From positions 1,641,214 through 1,705,213 of the forward strand of contig OZ241989.1 in assembly GCA_965204495.1 (NCBI GenBank): a stretch of DNA of 64,000 nucleotides. Reading direction: 5' to 3'. Shown here in pieces: positions 1-7,860 of the stretch. Position numbers and translations under genes: made by a program. The notes beneath the pieces were generated by a model, which ran no database searches, had not been told where the DNA came from, and was given only the letters and a program-made list of their open reading frames with translations. The stretch is from Candidatus Hopanoidivoransaceae bacterium. Its GTDB lineage: Bacteria > Actinomycetota > Acidimicrobiia > Acidimicrobiales > Hopanoidiivorantaceae. Positions within the stretch are counted from its first letter, which is position 1; each line of letters starts with the position of its first letter.

Positions 1-952
1 AAGCTTGCTGCCACGCGCTCTCGCCTATGGCCACGCCTTCCATCCCCACGGCTAGGCGGGCGTAGTTCATCATCGTGAACATATATGCCATGCCTTGCTG
101 CTCCTCGCCGATGATCTCGGCTACCGCTCCGCCGTTCTCGCCGTATTGGAGCACGCAGGTGGGACTGGCGTGGATGCCGAGCTTGTGCTCTATGGAGACG
201 CAAGCAATGTCGTTGCGTTCGCCTATGCTGCCGTCGGGATTCACCAAGTATTTCGGCGCGATGAAGCAAGAGATGCCCCGTGTGCCGGGCGCGGCGCCAG
301 TCGTGCGGGCCAGCACTAGATGCACGATGTTGTCGGTGAGGTCGTGCTCGCCCCAAGTGATGAAGATTTTCTGACCGAACAGGCGATAGGTGCCGTCGGG
401 CTGCGGCTCGGCTCGGGTGGTGAGCGCGCCCACATCGGAGCCGGCTTGCGGTTCGGTGAGGTTCATCGTGCCTGCCCACTCGCCGGAGATGAGCTTCGGC
501 AGCCAGCGGGCTTGCTGCTCCACATCGCCGTGAGCCGACAGCAGATGAATCGCCCCCTGCGTGAGCATCGGACACAGCGAAAATGCCATGTTCGCCGAGG
601 TGAGCATCTCAGAAACCACGCCGCCTATCACCCAAGGCTGATTTCCCCCGCCCCACTCAGCCGAGAAAGGCGCGGCCCCCCAGCCTGCCTGCTGGTACGA
701 ACGATAAGCCTCTTTGAACCCCAATGGGGTGGAAACCGAGCCGTCTTCGTTGCGGACGCTGCCCTGCTGGTCGCCAGTGCGGTTTGTGGGGGCTATGACT
801 TCCGAGACGAAGCGTCCTGCTTCTGCGAGCACCGCCTCCAAGTCGGCGGCATCCATATCTTCAAAGTCCTCCAGCGAGCAAATCCCCTCAGCATCGGCGA
901 TATGGCGCAAAGCGAACACCATATCTGCAATAGGGGCAGAGTATTCGCTCAT
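1..952 (-). CDS. Acyl-CoA dehydrogenase, long FadE/AidB-like type (N-terminal ~317 codons; 3' part lies beyond the left edge)
   Basis: Absent from the ORF track because it has no stop inside the window. Reverse-complement reading from ATG at 952-950 stays open to position 1. It gives MSEYSAPIADMVFALRH...GEWAGTMNLTEPQAGSDVGAL...GQKIFITWGEHDLTDNIVHLVLAR...EIIGEEQQGMAYMFTMMNYARLAVG, which matches acyl-CoA dehydrogenases by eye. The + strand ORFs 75-985 are antisense shadows. Confidence 0.75.
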   Translation of the reverse strand, partial: MSEYSAPIADMVFALRHIADAEGICSLEDFEDMDAADLEAVLAEAGRFVSEVIAPTNRTGDQQGSVRNEDGSVSTPLGFKEAYRSYQQAGWGAAPFSAEWGGGNQPWVIGGVVSEMLTSANMAFSLCPMLTQGAIHLLSAHGDVEQQARWLPKLISGEWAGTMNLTEPQAGSDVGALTTRAEPQPDGTYRLFGQKIFITWGEHDLTDNIVHLVLARTTGAAPGTRGISCFIAPKYLVNPDGSIGERNDIACVSIEHKLGIHASPTCVLQYGENGGAVAEIIGEEQQGMAYMFTMMNYARLAVGMEGVAIGESAWQQA

Positions 953-1044
953 ATAGGTGCTTCAGGTGCTGTGTTTGCCCGGTGAATTTGCTGGACGAAT
1001 CTGTTAGACGAATTTGCTCGGCGAATGTGCTTAGTGTATTTGCT

Positions 1045-2346
1045 TCAGTTGCCGTATATCTGGTGCGCTTCAATCAAGCTCCAGAGATCGGCCGTGCCCT
1101 CGCGAGAAGTCGCGGCAGTGGGGACCACAGGCGGACGCCACGAGCTTTCAAAGCCCATATCCAACATGCGCTCCAAATCTCGGCTGATTGAAGAAGCGTC
1201 TTGGCTGTCTGCCTTGTTCACGGCAAAGATGTCGGCGAACTCCAGCATTCCGGCTTTGCTGGCTTGGACGGCATCGCCATAGCCAGCAGTTACGACCGCC
1301 ACGAAGGTGTCGGCGAGGTCTGCGATGGCTTCGGGGCTGCTATCAGATGCTTCCACGAAAATCAAGTCAAAACCCGCTGCTGCGAAGAGCTTCACGGCAT
1401 CGGGCAGCCAAGCCACGGCTCCTCCGCTTTGCCCGCGAGCCGCTACGGAACGGAAAAAGATGTTATCGCCCACGCTGCTTTGAGGTTTCTGCATGGAAGA
1501 TGTCATGCGGATACGGTCGCCGAGCACAGCCCCGCCGCTGCGCCCGGAAGAGGGATCTACAGCGATGATGGCAATCTTGGGAGGCGGAGCATCAGATCTT
1601 TTAGGGCGGCCAGGGCCTCGTATTTTCCCGCTGGCAGCTTGGGTCAGACGGCCGATCAGAGTGGATTTGCCTGAACCGGGCACGCCGATGATGCCTATCG
1701 CGTGGGTTTTTGACCCTCCAGGTTTTTCCGACCCCCCAGGGCTTTCTGCCCCTCCAGAGCTTTCTGCCTCGCCGCCCATCGCACCGCTGCCGCCTAGTAG
1801 GAGTTCGCTCTCTCTGCCTTCGCCAGCACTTTCTTCGCCAGCCCCGTCTTCCAAGATGCTCAAGAGACGGCCCAGCGCACGGCTGCTGCCCGAGCGAGCT
1901 TGCCCCAGCAGATCATTCATACCGCCTGCGCCGCTTTCCGCTATGTTGCTTCCCGCCGCGCCGCCCCCGACTGCCTGACGCACCTGCTCTGCGACTCTTT
2001 CAGAAGATGTGCCTGCGGCGATAACAGTAGCGATGCCCGCGCTGCGAAGCTCCTCGGCTGCTCCCGCATCAACATCGCCGCCTAAAATCACGGGAGTATC
2101 CAACCCGGCCGCCCGCAGACCCTGCCTTATCTGGGTTATCTCAGCCAGCTGATCGGCAGCATCCAAAGCAATGGCGACAGCATCGGCGTCTTCCTGCTCA
2201 ACCGCCGAGACGAAACTCTCAGAAGTCTGTCTCACGCCCAAGTAGATGACTTCCATGCCAGCGTCTCGCAGGACGCGGGCAAAGTCTGGCAAGCCTCGTT
2301 CGCGTCCGCCGAGTTTTCCTAAAGCTATTCTGTTGGGCGATTTCAT
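1045..2346 (-). CDS. Fusion of a cobalamin-binding-like Rossmann domain and a MeaB/ArgK-like P-loop GTPase (mutase-chaperone-like)
   Basis: 433-aa ORF. The N-terminus resembles a B12-binding domain (GMEVIYLGVRQTSESFVSAVEQEDADAVAIA). A G/S/E-rich linker follows, then MeaB-type motifs GVPGSGKST, AVDPSS..GGAVLGDRIRM and NKAD. Confidence 0.65.
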   Translation of the reverse strand: MKSPNRIALGKLGGRERGLPDFARVLRDAGMEVIYLGVRQTSESFVSAVEQEDADAVAIALDAADQLAEITQIRQGLRAAGLDTPVILGGDVDAGAAEELRSAGIATVIAAGTSSERVAEQVRQAVGGGAAGSNIAESGAGGMNDLLGQARSGSSRALGRLLSILEDGAGEESAGEGRESELLLGGSGAMGGEAESSGGAESPGGSEKPGGSKTHAIGIIGVPGSGKSTLIGRLTQAASGKIRGPGRPKRSDAPPPKIAIIAVDPSSGRSGGAVLGDRIRMTSSMQKPQSSVGDNIFFRSVAARGQSGGAVAWLPDAVKLFAAAGFDLIFVEASDSSPEAIADLADTFVAVVTAGYGDAVQASKAGMLEFADIFAVNKADSQDASSISRDLERMLDMGFESSWRPPVVPTAATSREGTADLWSLIEAHQIYGN

Positions 2347-2646
2347 AGTGGCAACTTGTATAGATGCTAGCTTATAAAGTGCGTAAAATGAGGAGAGAAA
2401 AAATTCTAGCCAGAATTCTGGGACGACAACACGAGTGGCGACAACACGAGCTTCAGAAAGGCAAGTATAGTCTTTGTTATGGATTCAGATATTGAAGCTT
2501 ACGAGATTGACAAGTTATTGAAGTCCATGAGTGATAGCCTCCGCCAGTAGCCTTCAAGGATAAGATAGCGAAATTCCCCTTTCCCTCTCTCACGCAGTTC
2601 TCCCCTGACAGATTCCGCCCCTCAGCCGACTATCCGCGACGCCGTA

Positions 2647-4374
2647 ATGGCTCGCCGTGAGGATTCATCCACGGCGATCCTGTTTGAGGGCGAAGTTTGG
2701 AGCTATCGCGAATATGTGGCTGAATGCTCGGCTGTAGCGAATTTGCTGCTGGCCGAATACGGCAGGCGAGCTGGCAGCGCCGAGGGCGATGAATCCGCTA
2801 TGGGCGGCAATGCTAGCGGGGAAGACGAAGAGGCTGGCAGAGCGGATCTTAGCAGTGGCGGAGAGGATGAAGCAGGCGAGCGCAAGCCGTTCCATGTGGG
2901 CGTTCTGCTAGACAACGGCCCGCATTTTTCTGTCGCGCTGGGAGCGGCAGGGCTTTGCGGGGCCGTGATAGCGGGCATCAACCCCACAAGGCGTGGCAGC
3001 GAGCTGGTGCGCGATATAACTCACACCGAATGTCAGATGATCATCACCGAGAGCCGCTATCTGGAACTGCTGGAGCCGGTGGCGGAGAGCGTCAAAGGCA
3101 TTCGCATTTTTGATGCGGATTCACAGGCTTGGGCGCAAGCCCTTCAGCCTTATCGCAACCAGCCCGCCCCCGATGTGGAGATCGACCCGTCCGCGCCCTA
3201 TCTGCTGCTTTTCACCTCTGGCACCACAGGCCAGCCCAAAGCAGCCGTCTGCTCGCAGCAGCGCATCGCCCGCATCGGCAGCATCATCGCCGAGACTCAA
3301 GGTCTCACATCCGAAGATGTCTGCTATCAGTGCATGCCGATGTTTCACTCCAACGCCTTGATGGCAGGCTGGAGCCCCTGCCTCTTGACTGGAGCTACAG
3401 GAGCGTTCCGCCGCAAGTTCTCGGCCTCGGGCTGGCTGGAAGATGTGCGCAAGTTCGGGGCTACATATTTCAACTATGTAGGCAAGCCGCTCACCTACAT
3501 AATGGCCACCCCGCCACGCCCCGACGATGCCGATAACCCTCTGCGGGCAGTCTTCGGCAACGAAGGCGCGCCGCACGATCTGGAGCGTTTCGCCGAGCGG
3601 TTCGGCGTTGCCGCCCAAGACAGCTACGGCTCCACCGAAGGCGGCTTCGGCGTCTCCCGCACTGCTGACACGCCTTCTGGCGCGCTAGGCAAAGGCGACG
3701 ACCAGACCAGGATCTACGACGCCGACACAGGCAAGCAATGCCCGCCGGCTTTGTTTGCCGAAGACGGCAGCCTGGCTAATGCCGAAGAATGCATCGGCGA
3801 GATAGTCCACCTGCAGGCGGTCAGCGATTTTGAAGGATACTGGAACAACCCCGAAGCCGACGAAGAGCGCACCAGAGAAGGCATCTACTGGTCGGGCGAT
3901 TTAGGTTATATGGACGCAGAAGGCTTCGTGTATTTCGCTGGACGCAACTTCGACTGGCTCCGAGTAGACGGAGAAAACTTCGCCGCAGCCCCCCTAGAGC
4001 GCATCTTGGTGCGCCACGACGACATAGATTTGGCAGCAGTCTACGCCGTCCCCAACAGCGATGTAGGAGACGATGTAATGGCAGCCGTAATCCACCGTCC
4101 CAGTGCCGCATTCGACCCCGATGGATTCGCCGAGTTCCTAGCAGCCCAAAGCGACCTAGGAACCAAGTGGATCCCCAAATACATCCGCTGGGCGCAAGAC
4201 CTCCCGAAAACCGAGACAATGAAGATTCTAAAACGAGTAATGCGAGCCGAACGCTGGGAAGCGGCAGACGAAGTATGGCTAAAAGACGGCGACAACTACA
4301 GGCTGCTGACCGCCGAAGATGTGACAGCCATCCGTGAAGCTTTTGCCGCTCGCGATAGGTTGCATCTTTTGTAG
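2647..4374 (+). CDS. Acyl-CoA synthetase / AMP-dependent ligase (FadD-like)
   Basis: 575-aa ORF with AMP-binding signature LLFTSGTTGQPKAA and a conserved C-terminal K (KILKR). No earlier in-frame start is possible because of a stop at 2566. Confidence 0.85.
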   Translation: MARREDSSTAILFEGEVWSYREYVAECSAVANLLLAEYGRRAGSAEGDESAMGGNASGEDEEAGRADLSSGGEDEAGERKPFHVGVLLDNGPHFSVALGAAGLCGAVIAGINPTRRGSELVRDITHTECQMIITESRYLELLEPVAESVKGIRIFDADSQAWAQALQPYRNQPAPDVEIDPSAPYLLLFTSGTTGQPKAAVCSQQRIARIGSIIAETQGLTSEDVCYQCMPMFHSNALMAGWSPCLLTGATGAFRRKFSASGWLEDVRKFGATYFNYVGKPLTYIMATPPRPDDADNPLRAVFGNEGAPHDLERFAERFGVAAQDSYGSTEGGFGVSRTADTPSGALGKGDDQTRIYDADTGKQCPPALFAEDGSLANAEECIGEIVHLQAVSDFEGYWNNPEADEERTREGIYWSGDLGYMDAEGFVYFAGRNFDWLRVDGENFAAAPLERILVRHDDIDLAAVYAVPNSDVGDDVMAAVIHRPSAAFDPDGFAEFLAAQSDLGTKWIPKYIRWAQDLPKTETMKILKRVMRAERWEAADEVWLKDGDNYRLLTAEDVTAIREAFAARDRLHLL

Positions 4375-4397
4375 GATTTGCCCGCCAGCCCCCACAG

Positions 4398-5480
4398 CTA
4401 GACATTCCACCCCATATCCTGCAACAACCGTACAATCTGCGGCTTAACAGCCTCCATAGAAAGATGCCGTTCAACAGTCTGAAAATTTTCCTCCAGCAAC
4501 GCCAAATCAGGCTCTTCCAAAAACCCCGCAATAGCCCGAGTTTCCCAAGGATAAGCCCACTGAAACCCCAAGTCGCGCAACTCTTCTGCGGCAGGATAGT
4601 CGCTCACTATGGCAGGTTTCCGATAGATAGCGGATTCCACAGGCGGATTGCCAAAACCTTCCCAGACAGAAGGATAAACCACCACATCGCAGGCAGCGTA
4701 AATGTCTGCCACGCTCAGCCTGTCTTCGCCGTCTGCCGATTCGGTATCCCCAGACTCCGCAGCTATAGTCCCGTGCCCGTGAATCACCCTGCAATCCGCC
4801 GACTCCAAAATGAAATCCAAAGTCGGCCCGTAGCCGTCCTCAGCCGGACCCGCCAGCCAATATGTGCCCCCCAGCTTTTCGGCAATACGGATAGCACCCA
4901 AGATGTTCTTCCGCTGGATGGCCCTCACCGGATGAGCCACCAAAAGCTCGCCTTCCGCCACCCCGAGCCTCGCACGAGTGCCTTGCCTGTCGCCCGGCTC
5001 TGGGTCGGTGTCAAAGGGGTTGTAAATCCTGCGCACTTCGCGGATGCCTCGCTCTTTCATCTGGTTCAGGGTGAAGTCGTTGATCACCACGTGCTGCCAA
5101 GTGGGGTCGTGCATTGGAAAATCCATCAGGTGAGCGTATTGCACTCGCTGCCAAGGCGGGTCGTGGTGGTGCATGATGGCTTGTCGGTTTCTAAGCACTG
5201 TCATCAGCACCCTTGAGGCTCGCAGGTTGAGCGGAATGGAGTTCATGTTCTCCACTAGGGTTAGCTGGGAACTGGCAAGGACTTCTTGCAGTTCTTCGTG
5301 GCTGGGCGGTTCAGGGGCATGGGCTGCGAGACCGGGAATAATATGGTCGGCTTCTCCTGAGCCGGCTACCGTGAAGGTGTCAAAACCAATCTTCTCCAGG
5401 ATTTTCTGCCAGCTGCGGGTGGTGGCTGAAACCCCGTCATGGCTTCCGAGACGAAATGATACGATCGCGCACTCTGGCAT
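4398..5480 (-). CDS. Glycosyltransferase, GT4 (GT-B fold) family
   Basis: 360-aa ORF. The C-terminal GT-B donor-binding pattern is VVYPSVWEGFGNPPVESAIYRKPAIV. Confidence 0.65.
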   Translation of the reverse strand: MPECAIVSFRLGSHDGVSATTRSWQKILEKIGFDTFTVAGSGEADHIIPGLAAHAPEPPSHEELQEVLASSQLTLVENMNSIPLNLRASRVLMTVLRNRQAIMHHHDPPWQRVQYAHLMDFPMHDPTWQHVVINDFTLNQMKERGIREVRRIYNPFDTDPEPGDRQGTRARLGVAEGELLVAHPVRAIQRKNILGAIRIAEKLGGTYWLAGPAEDGYGPTLDFILESADCRVIHGHGTIAAESGDTESADGEDRLSVADIYAACDVVVYPSVWEGFGNPPVESAIYRKPAIVSDYPAAEELRDLGFQWAYPWETRAIAGFLEEPDLALLEENFQTVERHLSMEAVKPQIVRLLQDMGWNV

Positions 5481-5507
5481 ACTGAAAAAGCTTAATATGG
5501 AACATCA

Positions 5508-6785
5508 ATGAAACGGAGAGACTTGTCTGATCTGAGGGAGCGGTCCGCGGCGGTGATGGAGGCTCACTGGAGGCAGGGGAAGTCTGCTGAGCCGCACAAG
5601 AGATGGGGCTACACTTGCCCCAACCCCGAACGCTACGAGTGGCAATGGCTTTGGGATTCGTGTTTTCATGCCGTCATCTGGGCCGAGCTAGGGCAGGCGG
5701 ATCGCGGACTGCTGGAGCTTAAGACGCTTTTGGCGACCATGCAGCCGACTGGCTTTCTGCCCCACATTAACTATGTCGCCGACCCAGCAGCAGCCCAAGA
5801 GTTCTGGGGCAGAGCGGGCGCATCCACCATCACGCAGCCTCCCATGTTCGGCCACGCCATAGCCGAGCTGGTTCGCAGGGGAGCGGATGTGCCAGAAGAG
5901 TTGGCAGACAAGGCTGCCATCGCCTTGCGATTTTTCTTGGCGCATCGCATCGGCGAGCCGTCCGGCTTGGCAGTCCTCTGCCATCCGTGGGAGTCGGGCG
6001 CCGACGACAGCCTCCGCTGGGACGGCTTCTACCCAGTTCCCTACGGCCACCCCAGCTGGCAGAGCGAAAAAACCAAGCTGCTGGAGTCAATCCAGCGAGA
6101 CAACTACGGCACGCCCTTGAGCAATCCTCTTTTTCCAGCGGCATCTGCCTGGTTCACCGCTGTGGTCGCCTTCAACATCGCCGAGCTAGCCATTGCCACA
6201 GATGCCATAGCCGCAACCGAAGCAGACGGACTGGTTGAAGCTGTAGAAAACAGCTGGGACGATGACTTGCGCACCTGGGTTGATGCGGCCACACATGAAA
6301 ATCCAGATGCGAGCACTGAGGATGTTCAAACAAGGCGCATTGATGCAGCCACCTCCGAAAGTCAAATCTCAGATGATTCTGCTGGCGAGAAGGGTTCTCC
6401 TAGCAGCACCAGCAGTGCCCCGACTCTGGAAGCTTTACTAGGCATCCTGGCCGACCGCAGCGAAGACCGTCTGGCAAAAGTCTGCGAAGACCTGTTCAAC
6501 CCCCAGAAATACGGCGCACCCTACGGCCCAGCAGGCGCAAGCCAAAGCCACGAAGCCTATGACGGACACGGCTACTGGCGAGGCGCAGCCTGGCCCCAGC
6601 TGACCTATCTCCTAAGCCATGCCCTCCGCGCCAAAGGCCGTCTCAAAGAAGCCCAAGCCCTAACAGCACAACTCCAAAAGGGAGCCATCACCTCCGGCTT
6701 CGCCGAACACTGGCACCCCCAAACCGCCCACCCCGATGGAGCCACCCCCCAATCCTGGACAGCCCTAGCCGCAATACAGCCCTGA
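5508..6785 (+). CDS. (alpha/alpha)6 glycoside hydrolase, GH63-like (glucosylglycerate/mannosylglycerate-hydrolase-like)
   Basis: 425-aa ORF with WQWLWDSCFHA and GYWRGAAWPQLTYLL motifs typical of GH63/MGH-type six-hairpin glycosidases. It carries a low-complexity insert. Confidence 0.55.
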   Translation: MKRRDLSDLRERSAAVMEAHWRQGKSAEPHKRWGYTCPNPERYEWQWLWDSCFHAVIWAELGQADRGLLELKTLLATMQPTGFLPHINYVADPAAAQEFWGRAGASTITQPPMFGHAIAELVRRGADVPEELADKAAIALRFFLAHRIGEPSGLAVLCHPWESGADDSLRWDGFYPVPYGHPSWQSEKTKLLESIQRDNYGTPLSNPLFPAASAWFTAVVAFNIAELAIATDAIAATEADGLVEAVENSWDDDLRTWVDAATHENPDASTEDVQTRRIDAATSESQISDDSAGEKGSPSSTSSAPTLEALLGILADRSEDRLAKVCEDLFNPQKYGAPYGPAGASQSHEAYDGHGYWRGAAWPQLTYLLSHALRAKGRLKEAQALTAQLQKGAITSGFAEHWHPQTAHPDGATPQSWTALAAIQP

Positions 6786-6836
6786 CCAACCGCCTCTAGC
6801 TTTCTGCAGAGGCAACGCCCCAGCCGAGGGTGAAAC

Positions 6837-7808
6837 TTATTGCCTTAGAACGCAGTGGAGTATATGTTCTATTGCGGGTCTGTCAACCTGTGTGGTGACG
6901 CCATCCGATAGCACGCTGATCGGCAGGTCGACTAGGCGGGTTTCCATCTGGCAGTCGTCTAGTTGGTCTACGAACTCTTGTACTTGGTTGAGCCCGTATA
7001 GCCTTCGGTTTTCTGGCGGGACATAATTCTGAGTTCCGGGCGCACCGCCGGTCGCCGAGGGTTCGATCTCTGTGGGCGGGCAGATCATGTAGTCGAAAGA
7101 TTGCGATGCTCGCAGCTCAGGAAGCTCAATAGTGCATGACCATGCACCTGATGTCTGCTCAGTTCCGTATTCGCCTGGGGGATGGTTTATGCCTCTAGCC
7201 ACGACGCAGCGCACGCCCTCTGCCCAAGGCACACTGCAACCCGACAGCTGTATCGCCGCCGGGACAGTCGTTGTGGTTAGCGACAGCTGCTCGTTGGCTG
7301 CTGGCGGTGGGGCGACGGTTGTGGTTGTCGTTGTGGTGGTTGTCATTGTGGTGGGAGTTGGAGCAGCTGTAGTAGTGGTTGTCGTTGTGGTGGTTGGTGT
7401 TGGCGCAGCCGTGGTGGTGGTTGTTGTAGGCGTTGGCTCTGCTGTCGTGGTGGTCGTAGTCGTCGGGCCACTGCCTGTCGCCAAAGTGGTGGTAGTCGTG
7501 GTTGTAGTTGATGAAGAGGTTGGCGTCCCTTCTGTCGCCGGTTCACTGCCTGCTGCTGTGGTTGTGGTCGTAGTTGAGGAAGAAGTCGGCGTGGTTGTCC
7601 CATCCCCCGGATCGCCTGTCTCCGGCTGCGTGTCTTCAGTCGCAGGAGATGTCTCAGAGGGTTCAGTCTCCCCTTCAGAAGCTGCCAAGACCTGATCGGA
7701 CGAATCATTAGAGTCGCCCAGTTGCGCGATTCCCCACCCGCCAAACCCCCCGACTATCAGCCCGATAACTAGGAAGATGCTTCTCGCATCCAAGAAAATG
7801 CTTCTCAT
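6837..7808 (-). CDS. Membrane-anchored Thr-rich (poly-T) hypothetical surface protein
   Basis: 323-aa ORF. It has an N-terminal TM helix (FLVIGLIVGGFGGWGIA), a ~150-aa Thr/Pro/Ala low-complexity stalk and a Cys-containing C-terminal domain. Confidence 0.55.
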   Translation of the reverse strand: MRSIFLDARSIFLVIGLIVGGFGGWGIAQLGDSNDSSDQVLAASEGETEPSETSPATEDTQPETGDPGDGTTTPTSSSTTTTTTAAGSEPATEGTPTSSSTTTTTTTTLATGSGPTTTTTTTAEPTPTTTTTTAAPTPTTTTTTTTTAAPTPTTMTTTTTTTTTVAPPPAANEQLSLTTTTVPAAIQLSGCSVPWAEGVRCVVARGINHPPGEYGTEQTSGAWSCTIELPELRASQSFDYMICPPTEIEPSATGGAPGTQNYVPPENRRLYGLNQVQEFVDQLDDCQMETRLVDLPISVLSDGVTTQVDRPAIEHILHCVLRQ

Positions 7809-7860
7809 AGCGCCTTGGTTTTATTCTAATACTATTTAGCTGCGGCGGTCAAACTTATTC

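Noticed and set aside
1-6. The window begins with AAGCTT (a HindIII site), which might mark a cloning boundary.
   Set aside because: This cannot be distinguished from chance (another AAGCTT occurs at 2507), and it has no biological consequence for annotation.
75-1282. + strand ORFs at the left edge (75-374, 95-319, 320-985, 714-956, 982-1191, 1025-1282).
   Set aside because: The minus strand gives a continuous, motif-bearing acyl-CoA dehydrogenase (1-952). The MeaB-like gene starts at 1045. The + ORFs are shadows.
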